From positions 29,142,001 to 29,206,000 of the forward strand of contig CM119371.1 of NCBI GenBank assembly GCA_051294905.1: a stretch of DNA of 64,000 nt, written 5' to 3'. Made by a program: the position numbers and the translations under genes. Positions 62,591 through 64,000 of this stretch are shown piece by piece. The DNA is from Botryllus schlosseri (Eukaryota). Position 1 is the stretch's first letter. Every line of letters begins with the position of its first letter. The notes below the pieces were generated by a model that was not told the origin of the DNA, made no database searches, and saw only the letters and a program-made list of their open reading frames with translations.

Positions 62591-64000
62591 TTTCAACGTA
62601 AAGTAGACAAGTTCTAACATTTGGATGAGTCTTATATCGCCTACTCATGTTAGCAGCTGTACTGACGTTTGCAGTGTAACCGGATCCGTTCGAGGTACTG
62701 CGAGACGAAGGCGACACCAGCTGCACGCTGTCAATCAAGGAAGACACAAGACAGCGTGCGCCCCACTGTACAGACAGATGAGATCGTCGAAACATTTGCG
62801 ATACTCGCGGATTGTTCCCAACATGACGGCGCAACAGCTCTTCTTGACGCAGCAGCACGTACCAGCGCGTCAAGGATCTGTTCGCAAGTTTCGGCTCAGA
62901 TTCGCTTTACACACAGAGTCCTTGCGTGAGCTCGCGAGTTCGATTGGTATTTATGAGGGTGGATGTCCAAAAAGTCGTTTACGAAAGTAAACGAGGTTGC
63001 GCCCGACTGCTATTGTGCAGCCCGGCGATATCCACTCAGTCGCATATCCTTTGTCAAACGCATTGTCGCATATCCTTTGTCAAACGCATTGCCATATAAT
63101 GTATCCTGAAGGCCACAATATTTAAATAATGAGTTGAAGTCACAAAGGCGAAGTCGAAATTTGCAGGGGGCATTCTTATCTATAGCGATTAGGCCACTGC
63201 GTTTCTAATTCATTACAGTGTTCTGAAATGTCTTGTTACGTTGATTATTTATTAGTAGCTCTCGAGGGGTGCGTCATGTTGCACCGTCGACTGGCTTCAT
63301 GTTGCAACGTCGACTAACTGTTGCAACTGTGTCGACTAACTGTTGCAATTGTGTTATGTTCCAGCATTGAAATAATGGTCGATACGTTCGAAGATGTTGG
63401 CACGCAGCATTGAAATAATGGTCGATACGTTCGAAGATGTTGGCACGCAAACGCGTGGACAAAAATAAAGGCCGCCAGTCCGCAGGTGCGTCAGAACGGC
63501 GAGCTCGTGCATTACCACGGAGGAGTCTATGAACCTCGTCAAATTTGATTTCAAGACGCACAATTAAAACATCTTTGTTTTATAGCACGTCTTTTCGTCG
63601 CAATGCCAGGTGACGGAAATGAATATTCATCGTCAAACCATTCAGTTTCAGCGCTATTCTCAATCGCCATATTCAAATCCTCCAGGCTCGTCGTATCCTC
63701 GTTGAGACTATATCTAGATAGTGAATTCTCGTTCAAGCTGACGATAATGATTCCTCGGGTGTTGCGGCTGTAAGTCACAATGGTTAGGGGATTATCGGCG
63801 GATGTACCGATCTATTTTACACTGCATGAGTGTATAATATGCTACAGAACTATTCTCGCTGCTTTGATTTTCGTAAATTCACATATCGTGTCCCAATATC
63901 GGGTGGGTCAATGGTCATCATGATCATGCTATCCTCCGCTTTGTCGATATATTTGCTTGTGGCAGGTGAACAAATACAACTTCTGTACTTTCCATTCAGC

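Overview
Eukaryotic (animal-type, probably invertebrate; the organism cannot be determined from the sequence) transposon-dense DNA with no intact host gene and no prokaryotic features. Main contents: (1) a 13.36-kb near-perfect palindrome (39516-52878; 6.2-kb arms, 922-bp spacer) with AGTAGT...ACTACT ends and a CACTAA 6-bp duplication, matching a non-coding fold-back derivative of a Polinton/Maverick; (2) a Russian-doll nest around it, with end and target-duplication evidence at each level: hAT 30597-54381 > fold-back MITE 31571-54046 > piggyBac 31764-33529 and CACTA 33717-53841 > Polinton-like palindrome; (3) a minus-strand LTR-type element (about 6850-13470) with an open Gypsy-type gag, a degenerate protease, apparently no RT/RNaseH/integrase, and a class III (rhabdovirus-G/chuvirus/herpes-gB-like) envelope pseudogene, interrupted by a 5'-truncated CR1/L2-type LINE whose RT ORF is still open; (4) three copies of an unrecognised protein family (FP[KR]DF.RPYG motif), plus intronless DNA primase and ribonucleotide reductase small-subunit remnants; (5) many MITEs, SINE, R2-like, Gypsy and L1/Tx1 fragments. 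All homology calls come from motif recognition by eye, without database searches.
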